From a bacterium (GTDB lineage: Bacteria; UBA8248; JACPRG01; G963555815): a stretch of DNA of 64,000 nt. Each line of letters starts with the position of its first letter. Position 1 is the first letter of the stretch. The stretch is taken from positions 2,304,001 through 2,368,000 of the forward strand of contig OZ244653.1 of the NCBI GenBank assembly GCA_965218795.1, written 5' to 3'. The notes below the pieces were generated by a model. That model made no database searches, was not told the DNA's origin, and saw only the letters and a list, made by a program, of their open reading frames with translations. The position numbers and the translations under genes are program-made. Below, piece after piece: positions 1-11,905 of this stretch.

Positions 1-348
1 GAATCCATCGTTCTGGACAGGGAAGCGCTGCATCTGCGGAACCAGCTCATGCCGAAATATGCCGAACTGGTCTATTACGGCTTCTGGTTCGCTCCGGAGC
101 GGGAGATGATTCAGGCCGCGGTGGACAAGGCCGCTGAATCGATCACGGGAACCGCTCGCGTGAAGATCTTCAAGGGCTCATGCACCACCGTGGGCCGCAA
201 ATCGCCGCACTCCCTTTACAGCCCCGATCACGCCACCTTCGAAGCGGAAGAAGTCTACGACCAAAAGCACGCCGAGGGATTCATCCGCCTCAACGCGCTG
301 CGGCTCATGATGCGCGCGGAGGTGGAGGGAAAAGACCCGAAAGCCTGA
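1..348 (+). CDS. argG: Argininosuccinate synthase, 3' part (truncated by window start)
   Basis: C-terminal ArgG motifs [35 protein letters not shown]; frame is open from base 1. Confidence 0.95.
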   Translation, partial: ESIVLDREALHLRNQLMPKYAELVYYGFWFAPEREMIQAAVDKAAESITGTARVKIFKGSCTTVGRKSPHSLYSPDHATFEAEEVYDQKHAEGFIRLNALRLMMRAEVEGKDPKA

Positions 349-506
349 AGATCTTTGGGGGGCATTTTGGAGGCAACGCGCCTCCGCGGATTCACGGCGC
401 CCATAGGGCACTGCAACCGGGCGCTCGGAGTGAACCCAACTGAAGACGCAGGGGCTCGGCCTTCTGCGCCCCTCCCGTTGAATGACCTTGGGCTCGCCAA
501 AGGGAA

Positions 507-1439
507 CTACGCGCTCTTCTTGCGTTTTCGCAGCGAAACGGCTGCGGCTTCGCCCGGGGTCCACGCCAGGATGATGGGCGCGGCAATATAGATGGAAGAA
601 TACGTACCGGCGAGCACTCCGATCAGCAGCGCAAAGGCGAATCCGCGGATCACCTCGCCGCCGAGGAAGTAGAGCGCCAGGACGACCATCAAGGTCGTGC
701 CGGAGGTCAGAATCGTGCGGCTGATGGTCTGGTTGATGCTGATGTTGATCAGGTCAAAGATGGTTTCTTTCCGAAGATTCCTGAGGTTCTCCCGGATCCG
801 GTCGAACACGACGATGGTATCGTTCAGCGAATAGCCGATGATCGTCAAAATGGCGGCCACCACCGGCAGGGTGAATTCCAGGTTCATCACCGAAAACGCG
901 GCGATGGTGATCAGGACGTCGTGTGCCAGGGCGGCAATGGCGGCAACGGCAAACCGGAACTCGAACCGCCAGGTGATATAGATAAGAATCCCGACCATGG
1001 AATACAGGACGGCCAGCAGGGCCTTGCGCCTCAGGTCCGCCCCCACCGTTGGTCCCACCGTCTCCACCCTGCGCACTTCGAAGGCATCCTTTCCCCCAAA
1101 GGCTTCAGCCATGGCTTTTTGAATCTGGCTCGCCAGCTCCTTCACTTCCGCGCTGGATTTCTCTACCCGGATCAGAACCTCCCGTGGATCTCCGAACTCC
1201 TGCACAACGGTGTCACCGACATTCAGTCCCTCCATGGCTTCACGGACGATACCGATCGTTTGGGGACTCTTGAAACGGAGCTGCACCATTGTCCCACCGA
1301 GAAAATCGATTCCATAGTTCGGGCCGCCCCGCGCCAGCAGCGACACCAATCCCACGAGTATCGCCACACCCGACAGGATGAGGGTGTGCTTGCGAATCCC
1401 GATAAAGTTGACGTTGGCGTCCGGATTGAAAAATTGCAC
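507..1439 (-). CDS. secF: Protein translocase subunit SecF
   Basis: GIDFLGG, VGPTVG and GYSLNDTIVVFDRIREN motifs; directly downstream of secD. Confidence 0.97.
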   Translation of the reverse strand: MQFFNPDANVNFIGIRKHTLILSGVAILVGLVSLLARGGPNYGIDFLGGTMVQLRFKSPQTIGIVREAMEGLNVGDTVVQEFGDPREVLIRVEKSSAEVKELASQIQKAMAEAFGGKDAFEVRRVETVGPTVGADLRRKALLAVLYSMVGILIYITWRFEFRFAVAAIAALAHDVLITIAAFSVMNLEFTLPVVAAILTIIGYSLNDTIVVFDRIRENLRNLRKETIFDLINISINQTISRTILTSGTTLMVVLALYFLGGEVIRGFAFALLIGVLAGTYSSIYIAAPIILAWTPGEAAAVSLRKRKKSA

Positions 1440-1448
1440 GCTGATTTC

Positions 1449-2990
1449 CTAGATGCTGAGCGTCCGCACCTGGCGGCGGGCCAAAACCATATCCAATATC
1501 ACCCGGGTGCAAAAGACAGCGGTAAACATGCTGGCCACAATCCCGACGGACAGCGTGATAGCAAACCCGCGGACCGGTCCGGTCCCGAACTGGAGCAGAA
1601 CCAAGGCCGCAATGAGGGTTGTGACGTTTGCGTCCAAAATCGTCAGGAATGCGCGGCCGTACCCCTGATCCACCGCGGCCCGGATGGTCTTTCCCAGCCG
1701 AAGCTCCTCGCGGATCCGTTCGAAAATCAAAACATTGGCGTCAACCGCCATGCCCACCGTGAGGATTAAACCGGCGATCCCCGGCAGCGTCAGGGTGGCC
1801 CCAAACCCCGCCATGACTCCCATGATGATGACGAGGTTCACGATCAGGGCCATCACCGCCAAAATTCCCGAAAATTTGTAGTAGACCACCATGAAGACAA
1901 GCACCAGGATACCGCCGAGGATGATGGAGATGACCCCCGCACGGATGGAATCCCGCCCGAGGGAAGGACCGACCGTCCGCTCCTCCAGGATTTTCACGGG
2001 GGCCGGCAGAGCGCCCGCACGGAGAACGATGGCCATATCCCGGGCCTCTTCGTCCGAAAAGCTGCCGGTAATGACAGCGGTTCCGCCGCTGATCCGTTCC
2101 TGGATAACGGGGGCCGAATAAATCCGCTTGTCCAAGACGATAGCGAGCCGCTTGCCAACGTTGGCCGCCGTAATGCGGTCGAACCGCCTCGCTCCCCGGC
2201 TGTCGAACCGCACGCTCACTTGAGGCTGGTTGAATTGGCCGAACTCTACCCTCGCATCCACCAGGGAGTCGCCCGTGAGGGCTGTTCGCCGTTTCAACAG
2301 AAATGGCGTTCGGCCCTCCTCGCGTCGGGTTTCGCTGTTGATGATGGGCTGGTACAGGATCTCGCTGCCCGGAGGGACGCGGCCCGCCAGGGCTTCCTGA
2401 ACGCTGCGCTCGTCGTCCACGAGCTTGAATTCCAGCAGCGCCGTCCGGCCGATGAGCCGCTTCGCGCGCTCCGGCTCCTTGATGCCTGGGAGCTGAATCA
2501 CCAACCGGCGGTCACCCTGTCGGATCAGGCTCGGCTCTGCGACGCCGAACTGATCGATGCGGTTGCGCATGGTTTCCAGGGCCTGACGGACCGCGAGGTC
2601 TTCAACCCGCTGGCGGGCCCCCTGGACCATCTCAATGAGGTATTCACTCCCTTCGCCCTGCCGCAGCAAGAGGTCCGGATATCCCTGAAGAATATTCTCC
2701 ACCTTCGTCCGGTCCGCTTCCTCTGGCAGAGAGACCTTCAAGACATCCCCTTCTCGGGAGAAATCCGCGTATTTCACACCTCGGCGATTCAATCGGGCCC
2801 GAATGTCTCCCGAATTGCGCTCTAGGGAGCCCTCGACCGCTTTATCCGCCTCAACTTCGAGGACGAGATGCATCCCCCCTTGGAGGTCCAACCCGAGATT
2901 GATGGTTTTCTCCACAGGGATGGCATACCAGAGGGAGACTGCCAGCACGATGAGGATGAGACCGATCTTCCACACAGAAGGCGATTTCAC
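1449..2990 (-). CDS. secD: Protein translocase subunit SecD
   Basis: LGLDLQGG, RIDQFGVAEP, GMAVDANVLIFERIREE; start placed at GTG 2990 before the first TM helix (ORF track extends to 3185). Confidence 0.96.
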   Translation of the reverse strand: MKSPSVWKIGLILIVLAVSLWYAIPVEKTINLGLDLQGGMHLVLEVEADKAVEGSLERNSGDIRARLNRRGVKYADFSREGDVLKVSLPEEADRTKVENILQGYPDLLLRQGEGSEYLIEMVQGARQRVEDLAVRQALETMRNRIDQFGVAEPSLIRQGDRRLVIQLPGIKEPERAKRLIGRTALLEFKLVDDERSVQEALAGRVPPGSEILYQPIINSETRREEGRTPFLLKRRTALTGDSLVDARVEFGQFNQPQVSVRFDSRGARRFDRITAANVGKRLAIVLDKRIYSAPVIQERISGGTAVITGSFSDEEARDMAIVLRAGALPAPVKILEERTVGPSLGRDSIRAGVISIILGGILVLVFMVVYYKFSGILAVMALIVNLVIIMGVMAGFGATLTLPGIAGLILTVGMAVDANVLIFERIREELRLGKTIRAAVDQGYGRAFLTILDANVTTLIAALVLLQFGTGPVRGFAITLSVGIVASMFTAVFCTRVILDMVLARRQVRTLSI

Positions 2991-3299
2991 CGTTCCAGCC
3001 CCGTCTGTCCCGGGAAGTCGTAGAGCCAACCGGCCGGGAGGGGATTTTGGACAAAAGATGCACCCATCGCCGTCATCTCGTTGAACGCTAAAAGGTTTCC
3101 CAAAACGTTCCGATCCCTGATGATTGGAGGCTCTGGAAAGAGCAATTCCATGAGGGAAGGATGCCAGGTATTCCGACGGGCGCACGATGGAATGAGGCGC
3201 TGAATACCCTATCTCGTTACAAATTCATCCTGACGGGACGCGCCATCCGCAAAATTCGCAATCGCTCAACCGCTCATAGGGGTCCCGAGGGTTCCCCTA

Positions 3300-3665
3300 T
3301 CATTCGTCGTCGTCGCCTTCGCCTTCCTCGTCCTTCGATTTCCCGCCCCCGCGTCCGACTACGGCGGTCACGTTGCTCTTCTGAACGCGAATGCGAACGT
3401 TTTCAGCAATTTCCAGATGCACCTTGTCTTCCCGGATCTTGGACACGGTCCCGAAAATCCCGCCCGTCGTCAGCACCTGATCGCCGGGCGACAGCGCCTC
3501 CAGGAGTTTCCGGTGATCGGCCTGTTTTTTCTGCTGCGGCCGGATCATCAGGAAATAGATGATGGCGAACACCATTGCGAAGGGAAGGAGAAGTCCGGCG
3601 ATCCCACCAGTGGACTCCCCCCCGCCCCCGGATCCGCCCATTGCGTATAGATACTCTGCCCACAT
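3300..3665 (-). CDS. yajC: Preprotein translocase subunit YajC
   Basis: YFLMIRPQQKKQ and GDQVLTTGGIFG motifs; lies between tgt and secD. Confidence 0.95.
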   Translation of the reverse strand: MWAEYLYAMGGSGGGGESTGGIAGLLLPFAMVFAIIYFLMIRPQQKKQADHRKLLEALSPGDQVLTTGGIFGTVSKIREDKVHLEIAENVRIRVQKSNVTAVVGRGGGKSKDEEGEGDDDE

Positions 3666-3790
3666 AGGCTATTCTCCTAGTCCGCCGCCTCTCGGGACGG
3701 CCTGGATGGAAACGGTTCCTTCTATCAAACCAGCTTCCGGGTGTCAAACCGATTGCCGGTGGCGTCGCTGCCTGGGCGATGCGCACCGCG

Positions 3791-5729
<1,939 letters not shown>

Positions 5730-5818
5730 CGGAAGAATCCATCTTCGCCGGACGGGCCTGACCGGATGGGATGTGGAACCCTGCGGCTTCTGTGCTCAAT
5801 GGCCCCGGGACGGATTGA

Positions 5819-7078
5819 TCAGTCATCGCATCCGTCCGTGTCCGATTCCGGCGATGCAATCCATCTCTCCGGGAAAATGGCATCCGGGTAGGTGGCGCGG
5901 ACGGCCCGGCCTCCCTCCACGTAAAGGCGGGGGACCCTTCTGGATAAACCGCACAAAATCTCGTACGGGACCGTGTCCGCCAAATCGGCCAGTTCCTCAG
6001 CCGTTACGCTTTCCTGATCCTGCCTGCCCAAAAGCACCACCTCATCGCCCACGGCGGCCCCCGGCAGATGGTTGATGAGAACGGCCAGCATATCCATCGA
6101 TACCGCCCCGACAACGGGCGCCCTTCGTCCTCCGATCAGGACGTCCGCCTTGTTGCTGAGGCAGCGGGGATAGCCGTCCGCGTAACCCATCGGGATGACG
6201 GCCACCCTGCTGCGTTCGGATACCCGGAAGGTGCGGCCGTATCCGATGGAGCGCTCACCCTCAGCCTCGTTCATGTGAACGATTCGGCTGTTCCAGGACA
6301 TGACGGGTTCAAACTCATCAAGGACCTGTCCAGGGTCGGGATTGGCCCCGAAGAGGAGAATCCCCACCCGGACCATGTTCAGCCACGAATTCGGCATCCT
6401 GAGGACCGCCCCGCTGTTGGCGCAGTGCAGCACGAGAGGCAGTCGATCTCGACTCCGAAGCTCTTCGACAAGATCGAGAAAGACCTCGAGTTGATTGGCA
6501 GAAGTCCCTTCCGGGTCTTCGGCATCGGCAAAATGAGACATCAGGCCGCGAACCTCGACGCCTTCCAGCCGGCGGACGCGGGTCAGAAAATCCGCAGCCT
6601 CGCCGGGCTGGATCCCCAACCGACCCATCCCCGAGTCTACTTTGATATGGACGGGGATTCGCCTGCCCGCGGCACGGCCCGCGGCGGAAAGGGCTTCGGC
6701 CACGCCGGCGTCACAGAGCACAGTCTCGAACCCGCCCGTCACCACGGAAGGGGCCTGCTCGGCCAACACGCCGCCCAGGACCAGAATCGGAGCCGCCAGA
6801 CCGGCCCTTCGAAGCTCCCAGCCTTCTTCCAGGACGCCGACGCCAAGCATTTCCGCCCCTGCGGCGACGGCGGTTCCCGCCACTTCGGCCGCTCCGTGAC
6901 CGTAGGCATCGGCCTTCACCACTGCCAGCAAACGGGCGGTCCGCCCCAATCGGTCGCGCACCCGCGCGGTATTTCTGGCCATCGCGTCCAGATCGATTCG
7001 CGCCACGGTGGGGCGGAGGGTCTGGGTTGTTTCGAGGCGTTCGGTGATCGTCGGATTCAATACTCTAAATCTCGGCAA
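5819..7078 (-). CDS. alr: Alanine racemase
   Basis: AVVKADAYGHG PLP-lysine motif, KVDSGMGRLG, GYADG; start uncertain. Confidence 0.96.
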   Translation of the reverse strand: MPRFRVLNPTITERLETTQTLRPTVARIDLDAMARNTARVRDRLGRTARLLAVVKADAYGHGAAEVAGTAVAAGAEMLGVGVLEEGWELRRAGLAAPILVLGGVLAEQAPSVVTGGFETVLCDAGVAEALSAAGRAAGRRIPVHIKVDSGMGRLGIQPGEAADFLTRVRRLEGVEVRGLMSHFADAEDPEGTSANQLEVFLDLVEELRSRDRLPLVLHCANSGAVLRMPNSWLNMVRVGILLFGANPDPGQVLDEFEPVMSWNSRIVHMNEAEGERSIGYGRTFRVSERSRVAVIPMGYADGYPRCLSNKADVLIGGRRAPVVGAVSMDMLAVLINHLPGAAVGDEVVLLGRQDQESVTAEELADLADTVPYEILCGLSRRVPRLYVEGGRAVRATYPDAIFPERWIASPESDTDGCDD

Positions 7079-7119
7079 ACGGTGGGAATCAATGGGTTCC
7101 GGGATTGACGGCGATGCGA

Positions 7120-8514
7120 TCAGAACGGGCCCGATTCGTCCACTGCTTCAGAAGGTTCCGCATATTCATGGCGAGAAAGATTCTCGAACCGGGCGTAGTT
7201 CTTGACAAAGGAGACGGGAACCCTGTCGATAGGGCCATTCCTCTGTTTCGCAATGATCACCTCCGCCTCACCCTCGATCTCGCGCCGCCTTTCCTCGTCG
7301 CGCTCATAAACCTCCGGCCGATATATGAAGGCGACGACATCGGCGTCCTGCTCAATGGCTCCTGACTCCCGCAGATCGGCCAGTTGGGGCCTGTGACCCT
7401 CCCGCTGCTCCACCTGCCGGCTCAGCTGGGAGAGCGCGATGACGGGAATGTTCAGCTCTTTCGCCAGCTCCTTCAACGAGCGGGAAATATCGGTGATCTC
7501 CTGCTGCCGGTTCTCCACACGTCCCCGGCCCCGCAGCAACTGAAGATAGTCGACGATGATCAGCGAGAGACCCCTCTCGGCCTTCAACCTCCTCGCGCGC
7601 GCCCGAATGTCCAGGGCCGTCAAGGCGGCGCTGTCGTCGATATAGATGGGGGCATCGGCCAATTTTCCGGCCGCCGTGGTCAGCCGCGGCCAATCGCCCT
7701 TTTCCAGAAACCCGGTACGCAATTTTTGGATGTCAATCCGCGCCAATGAACAGAGCAGCCTGATCACCAGCTGTTCCTTTGACATTTCCAGACTGAAGAC
7801 TCCGACCGGAAGCTGACTCTGGGTACCCACGTTTTGGGCGATGCTCAAGGCAAACGACGTCTTCCCCATACTCGGGCGACCCGCAACAATAATCAAATCC
7901 GAAGGCTGCAGGCCGGCCGTCAGCCGGTCAAAATCAGTGAATCCGGTGGCAACGCCGGTCACCATCTCCTTGCGTTCATAGAGTTCCTCAATCGTCTTGA
8001 AAGTCGACTTCAAGACATCGCTCATGCTGAGAAAACTCTGTGAGATTCGATCTTGTGAAATCTCGAAGATGACGCGCTCGGCCTGATCGATGAAAGCCTC
8101 CACTTCTTGGGTGCCTTCATAACCCTGGGCGACTATCTCTGTCGCGGCGGAGATCAAATCGCGCAGCAACGCCTTTTCTTTCACCAGTTTCGCGTGCGGG
8201 CCCACCCCCGCGGCCGTGGGAACTGCATCCACCAGAGCGGCCAAATAGGCTTCACCCCCCACCTCCTCCAGGTTCGCATCCTTTCGAAGGCGGTCGGTGA
8301 GAGTGAGCAGGTCGATGGCTTCGTTCCGCTCAAAAAGGCCCAACATGGCGGAGAAAATTTTCCGGTGGGTTTCCCGGTAAAAATGCCTATCTCGAATCAC
8401 CTCAAGAACCTTGGGGATCGCGGCGTTGTCGAGGAGTACAGCCCCCAGGACGGCCTGTTCGGCCTCAAGGTTCTGCGGAGGGACCCGATGGATCACTTCA
8501 TCTTCGGGCGTCAT
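7120..8514 (-). CDS. dnaB: Replicative DNA helicase
   Basis: PPQNLEAEQAVLG, AGRPSMGKT, DYLQL, LRESGAIEQDAD, KQRNGP; no intein. Confidence 0.98.
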   Translation of the reverse strand: MTPEDEVIHRVPPQNLEAEQAVLGAVLLDNAAIPKVLEVIRDRHFYRETHRKIFSAMLGLFERNEAIDLLTLTDRLRKDANLEEVGGEAYLAALVDAVPTAAGVGPHAKLVKEKALLRDLISAATEIVAQGYEGTQEVEAFIDQAERVIFEISQDRISQSFLSMSDVLKSTFKTIEELYERKEMVTGVATGFTDFDRLTAGLQPSDLIIVAGRPSMGKTSFALSIAQNVGTQSQLPVGVFSLEMSKEQLVIRLLCSLARIDIQKLRTGFLEKGDWPRLTTAAGKLADAPIYIDDSAALTALDIRARARRLKAERGLSLIIVDYLQLLRGRGRVENRQQEITDISRSLKELAKELNIPVIALSQLSRQVEQREGHRPQLADLRESGAIEQDADVVAFIYRPEVYERDEERRREIEGEAEVIIAKQRNGPIDRVPVSFVKNYARFENLSRHEYAEPSEAVDESGPF

Positions 8515-8635
8515 GTCTTTTCTTCACACTTGGGGCAAAGATCCGATGACCCCAGGCAGCCTGTTTTCATGGGTTCTTGGCGGCCACGGTATTCGAGCGG
8601 GCATCGGATGGGTTCAGTTCTTGGCGGCCCGGTAA

Positions 8636-9268
8636 TCAGGAGCTTTCCTCGCCGGCGCCCTTCTCCCGTTCCTCTCCTTCTTCCTCCACTCCCGGTTCCT
8701 CAGAGATATCTTCTTCGGCGGCCTCTGCGGGTTCCGCTTCACCCGCTCCGCCTTCTCCCTGCGCGGCTGCAGCCTCCGCCGGTTCCGTTGCAGCCTCCTC
8801 GGCCTCTGAATCCTCCGGTTGGCCTTCCTCTGCTTCCACCCAGACGTTCAATTCCGCCGTGACTTCCGGGTGGACGCGAACCGGGATCTTGTACACGCCC
8901 AGGGCCTTGATGGGAGACTCCAACTGAATCTTGCGTCGGTCGATCTTTTCTCCGGCTTCCTGGATTGCATCGGCGATGTCTTTCGCCGTTACGGATCCGA
9001 ACAGCCGGTCCCCTTCGCCAACCCGCCGGACAATCCGGAGCGACAGCTTCCCCAACTTCTCCGAAAAATCCTCGGCAGACCCTTTCATCTTCGCCAAACG
9101 TTGAGCCTGAATCCGCTTCTCATGCTCTACGGATTTCACGTTCCGCTTCGATGCGCGGACAGCGAGCCCTTTGGGAATCAGGTGATTCCTTCCATACCCG
9201 TCGGCGACATCCACCACATCGCCCATATCCCCAAGGTTTTCCACTTCCTCCCGCAGGATGACCTTCAT
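8636..9268 (-). CDS. rplI: 50S ribosomal protein L9 with long acidic tail
   Basis: MKVILREEVENLG, GYGRNHLIP, LFGSVT. Confidence 0.97.
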   Translation of the reverse strand: MKVILREEVENLGDMGDVVDVADGYGRNHLIPKGLAVRASKRNVKSVEHEKRIQAQRLAKMKGSAEDFSEKLGKLSLRIVRRVGEGDRLFGSVTAKDIADAIQEAGEKIDRRKIQLESPIKALGVYKIPVRVHPEVTAELNVWVEAEEGQPEDSEAEEAATEPAEAAAAQGEGGAGEAEPAEAAEEDISEEPGVEEEGEEREKGAGEESS

Positions 9269-9283
9269 CTTCTTCTTTCCTCC

Positions 9284-10432
9284 TCAACCGTCCTCTTTAT
9301 CCGGGCTCTCTACCTCGGGAGAGATGCCGGTTTTTCGAAGCTTTCGGAAATCAAACCACAAATCAAACAGGCCGAACGCGACAATGACGTAACTCAGAGC
9401 GACGGAGATGAAATAGAGGGGGATCCGGAATACCACAGATACCCCCAGGCGCCGGCACCAAAAATGGACGACCGCCAGCCCCTGCAAAAAGTAGCCGAAC
9501 AGCAGGAGCAATACGAGGTTCGCCAAGACCCACGAGACGGGTTCCCCCCACAGAAAGAATAGGAGCAAGCCGCTCGCGATGAGCGGCCAGACAGCCGCCT
9601 CCGGCATGGACCAACGGCCCAGATCCATCTCGGGGAAAAGACGTCCAGCCCCGCGCAACGTCCAGAGACGGCGAACCAGCGAGTAGTTCAGCAGCGAAAT
9701 CAAAGCCGCCTGCACGACCACAATGGCCGGCATCAAGCGGCCCAACACTCGGATCAAGCGGGCGACCTCCTCGCCGGCGGGTCCCTGGGGGGCGCCCGAC
9801 ATCTGATGGAGGGTTCGCTCTCCTTCGGGACCGAGCGCGCCGGTTACGATGTTACCCCCAAGTCCGAGAACCTGAATGCCGTACAAGAGCCCCATTCCGG
9901 CCGCCACACCGAGAACACTCCATCCGACCGCCGTCTCCACCGATCTTCCCCCAAGAATGGCGATGGCCAGCACCCAGGCGACGACTCCAATGGTGGTCAG
10001 GTACTGCAGGGCGCTTGCCCATCCTCCGACGGCGACCAAAGCCAAAGCCACGCCGATCAGAGAAATGAGCCCCACACGGCTCCCGCACCGAAGGAAAATC
10101 TGCACCGCCGGCGCGGGTGAGAACAAACCGGCGGTTCCACCGATCAGCCCGAGCAGTCCGCCCATCATCGGCAGGCGCTCCATGACCATGTAGAGCAGAA
10201 GCGAGCCCCCGGCCAGCCCGACAATGCGGCCCGTTCCCAGATATGACTGGCCGGGTGGGTCGGCTGGAGTTTCCGATCCGGTCTCTTCCCGCGCCCTCCC
10301 GGGAGGCGAATCCTCCGGCGGGAACGACTTCATGCCGGCTCCCGACTGTCCATCCGACTCTTCCCGGGACTCGGATTCACCGGACGGGGACCGGCCCGGC
10401 TCTCCAGCTCCTCCGTCAGGCTCCATCGACAC
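9284..10432 (-). CDS. YybS/DUF2232-family membrane protein
   Basis: Multi-TM; YFLQGLAVV and GLFDLWFDFRK motifs; conserved position between rpsR and rplI. Confidence 0.85.
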   Translation of the reverse strand: MSMEPDGGAGEPGRSPSGESESREESDGQSGAGMKSFPPEDSPPGRAREETGSETPADPPGQSYLGTGRIVGLAGGSLLLYMVMERLPMMGGLLGLIGGTAGLFSPAPAVQIFLRCGSRVGLISLIGVALALVAVGGWASALQYLTTIGVVAWVLAIAILGGRSVETAVGWSVLGVAAGMGLLYGIQVLGLGGNIVTGALGPEGERTLHQMSGAPQGPAGEEVARLIRVLGRLMPAIVVVQAALISLLNYSLVRRLWTLRGAGRLFPEMDLGRWSMPEAAVWPLIASGLLLFFLWGEPVSWVLANLVLLLLFGYFLQGLAVVHFWCRRLGVSVVFRIPLYFISVALSYVIVAFGLFDLWFDFRKLRKTGISPEVESPDKEDG

Positions 10433-10471
10433 GGGAGACGACCCCCTTCCGAGCTTGTTTCCCTCAAACGG

Positions 10472-10729
10472 TTACTGTCGATCGACGGCGAACGGCAAGA
10501 AAGCGATGTTACGGGCACGCTTGATGGCTACAGTGAGCTGTCGCTGGTGACGCGCGCAATTACCCGAAATCCTGCGGGAGATGATCTTGCCCCGCTCGGT
10601 CATCAGGTTCCGGATTCTTCGAAGGTCTTTGTAATCGATGAATTCGACCTTATCCACGCAGAAGCGGCAGACCTTCTTGGGAACATAGCGCTTCTTTTTT
10701 TTCTTGGGTCTTACTGTTCTCATTGCCAA
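10472..10729 (-). CDS. rpsR: 30S ribosomal protein S18 (Zn-ribbon form)
   Basis: [22 protein letters not shown]. Confidence 0.97.
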   Translation of the reverse strand: MAMRTVRPKKKKKRYVPKKVCRFCVDKVEFIDYKDLRRIRNLMTERGKIISRRISGNCARHQRQLTVAIKRARNIAFLPFAVDRQ

Positions 10730-10741
10730 TGAACCGATCTC

Positions 10742-11161
10742 CTAAAACGGGATATCATCATCCCCGGGTGGCGGAGGTCCCGCAAATTCGGGTTCACCAC
10801 TCTGGGCCCTTTGACCGCCGCCCTGCGACTGGCCTCCCCCGGGCATGAAGTTCACATTCTGGGCCACCACTTCGTGCTTGCTGCGTTTGGTCCCGTCTTC
10901 CCCTTCCCAGGTCCGGTATTGCAAGCGTCCCTCCACGAGGGTCAGCCGGCCTTTGCTCAGGTACTCGCCGACCAACTCCGCCTGACGCCCAAACGCCACG
11001 ATATCCACAAAGCAGGTCTCTTCCCGCTGTTCGTCCCCCTGACGGTACCGTCGGTTGACGGCCAGGCCGAATGTCGCTACCGGCGTCCCCGCCGGCGTAT
11101 ACCGGACCTCCGGATCGCGGGTGAGATTTCCCAACAGGATTACACGATTAAAGCTCGCCAT
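10742..11161 (-). CDS. ssb: Single-stranded DNA-binding protein
   Basis: NRVILLGNLTRDPE; C-terminal DDDIPF. Confidence 0.98.
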   Translation of the reverse strand: MASFNRVILLGNLTRDPEVRYTPAGTPVATFGLAVNRRYRQGDEQREETCFVDIVAFGRQAELVGEYLSKGRLTLVEGRLQYRTWEGEDGTKRSKHEVVAQNVNFMPGGGQSQGGGQRAQSGEPEFAGPPPPGDDDIPF

Positions 11162-11190
11162 CTCTCCCCCTTCCCTCGTCCATCCATGCG

Positions 11191-11730
11191 CTAGCTCTCC
11201 GCGGTCGGCTCCGGGGCCACATCCGCCTTTGGAGTATCCGCGGCGGGTTCGGGCATTTCATCCGTTCGTGGAGCGCCCTCGTCGGTCTGTCCTCCGCTCT
11301 TGTCTTGAGGGGGAGGCGAGGCCGGTGAGCTCCGATCGGATTGCAGCCTGGCTCTGTAACCCGGCGAGTCCTCCGAACCTGCGAATTCTCCGTCTTCTCC
11401 ACGGGTCCGATCGCTGCGCAACAAATCCGGCGGCGTTGCCTCATCCGGCTTACAACGGACCGTGAGGTACTTCAACACTTGTTCGGAGATGCTTAGGTTC
11501 TGCTCGGTTTGACGAATCAGGGGCGAAGGGCCAGTGTACCGATACAGGACGTAGTAACCATAACGCTGGCGTCGAATGTCATAGGCGAGGCGCCGCTTTC
11601 CCCAGTGTTCAAAGTCGGAGATTTCCGCGCCGCCGGCCGTGAAGCGGTCTTTGAGCGCCTCGGCTTGGGCCTCCAGATCCTCTTCGGAAAGATCCGGGTG
11701 AAAAATGACAATGGTCTCGTAATGGTTCAT
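11191..11730 (-). CDS. rpsF: 30S ribosomal protein S6 with C-terminal extension
   Basis: YETIVIFHPD and WGKRRLAYDI motifs. Confidence 0.97.
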   Translation of the reverse strand: MNHYETIVIFHPDLSEEDLEAQAEALKDRFTAGGAEISDFEHWGKRRLAYDIRRQRYGYYVLYRYTGPSPLIRQTEQNLSISEQVLKYLTVRCKPDEATPPDLLRSDRTRGEDGEFAGSEDSPGYRARLQSDRSSPASPPPQDKSGGQTDEGAPRTDEMPEPAADTPKADVAPEPTAES

Positions 11731-11734
11731 GCAA

Positions 11735-11812
11735 CTCTCCTCTCGGATCGACAGCCCACAGACCCGCGGGCGACCTCATCGGACGCCCGGATTGCCCGGA
11801 GCAAGGAGAAAA
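11735..11812 (-). promoter_or_regulatory. Putative S6:S18-binding rpsF leader RNA
   Basis: Minus strand CUCCUUGCUC...CCGAGAGGAG: anti-SD pairs with SD and an unpaired CCG precedes it, as in the described rpsF leader. Confidence 0.65.
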
Positions 11813-11905
11813 ACCCGCCAGGGGAACCCTACCACATGGATTCACCCCCTACAATTATGGAATTCCTATCCAGGCCGTGAACGTCCGTACAGCAACTTTC
11901 CCCCG

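Noticed and set aside
7120-8514. Intein in DnaB or RecA
   Set aside because: Normal lengths and contiguous motifs.
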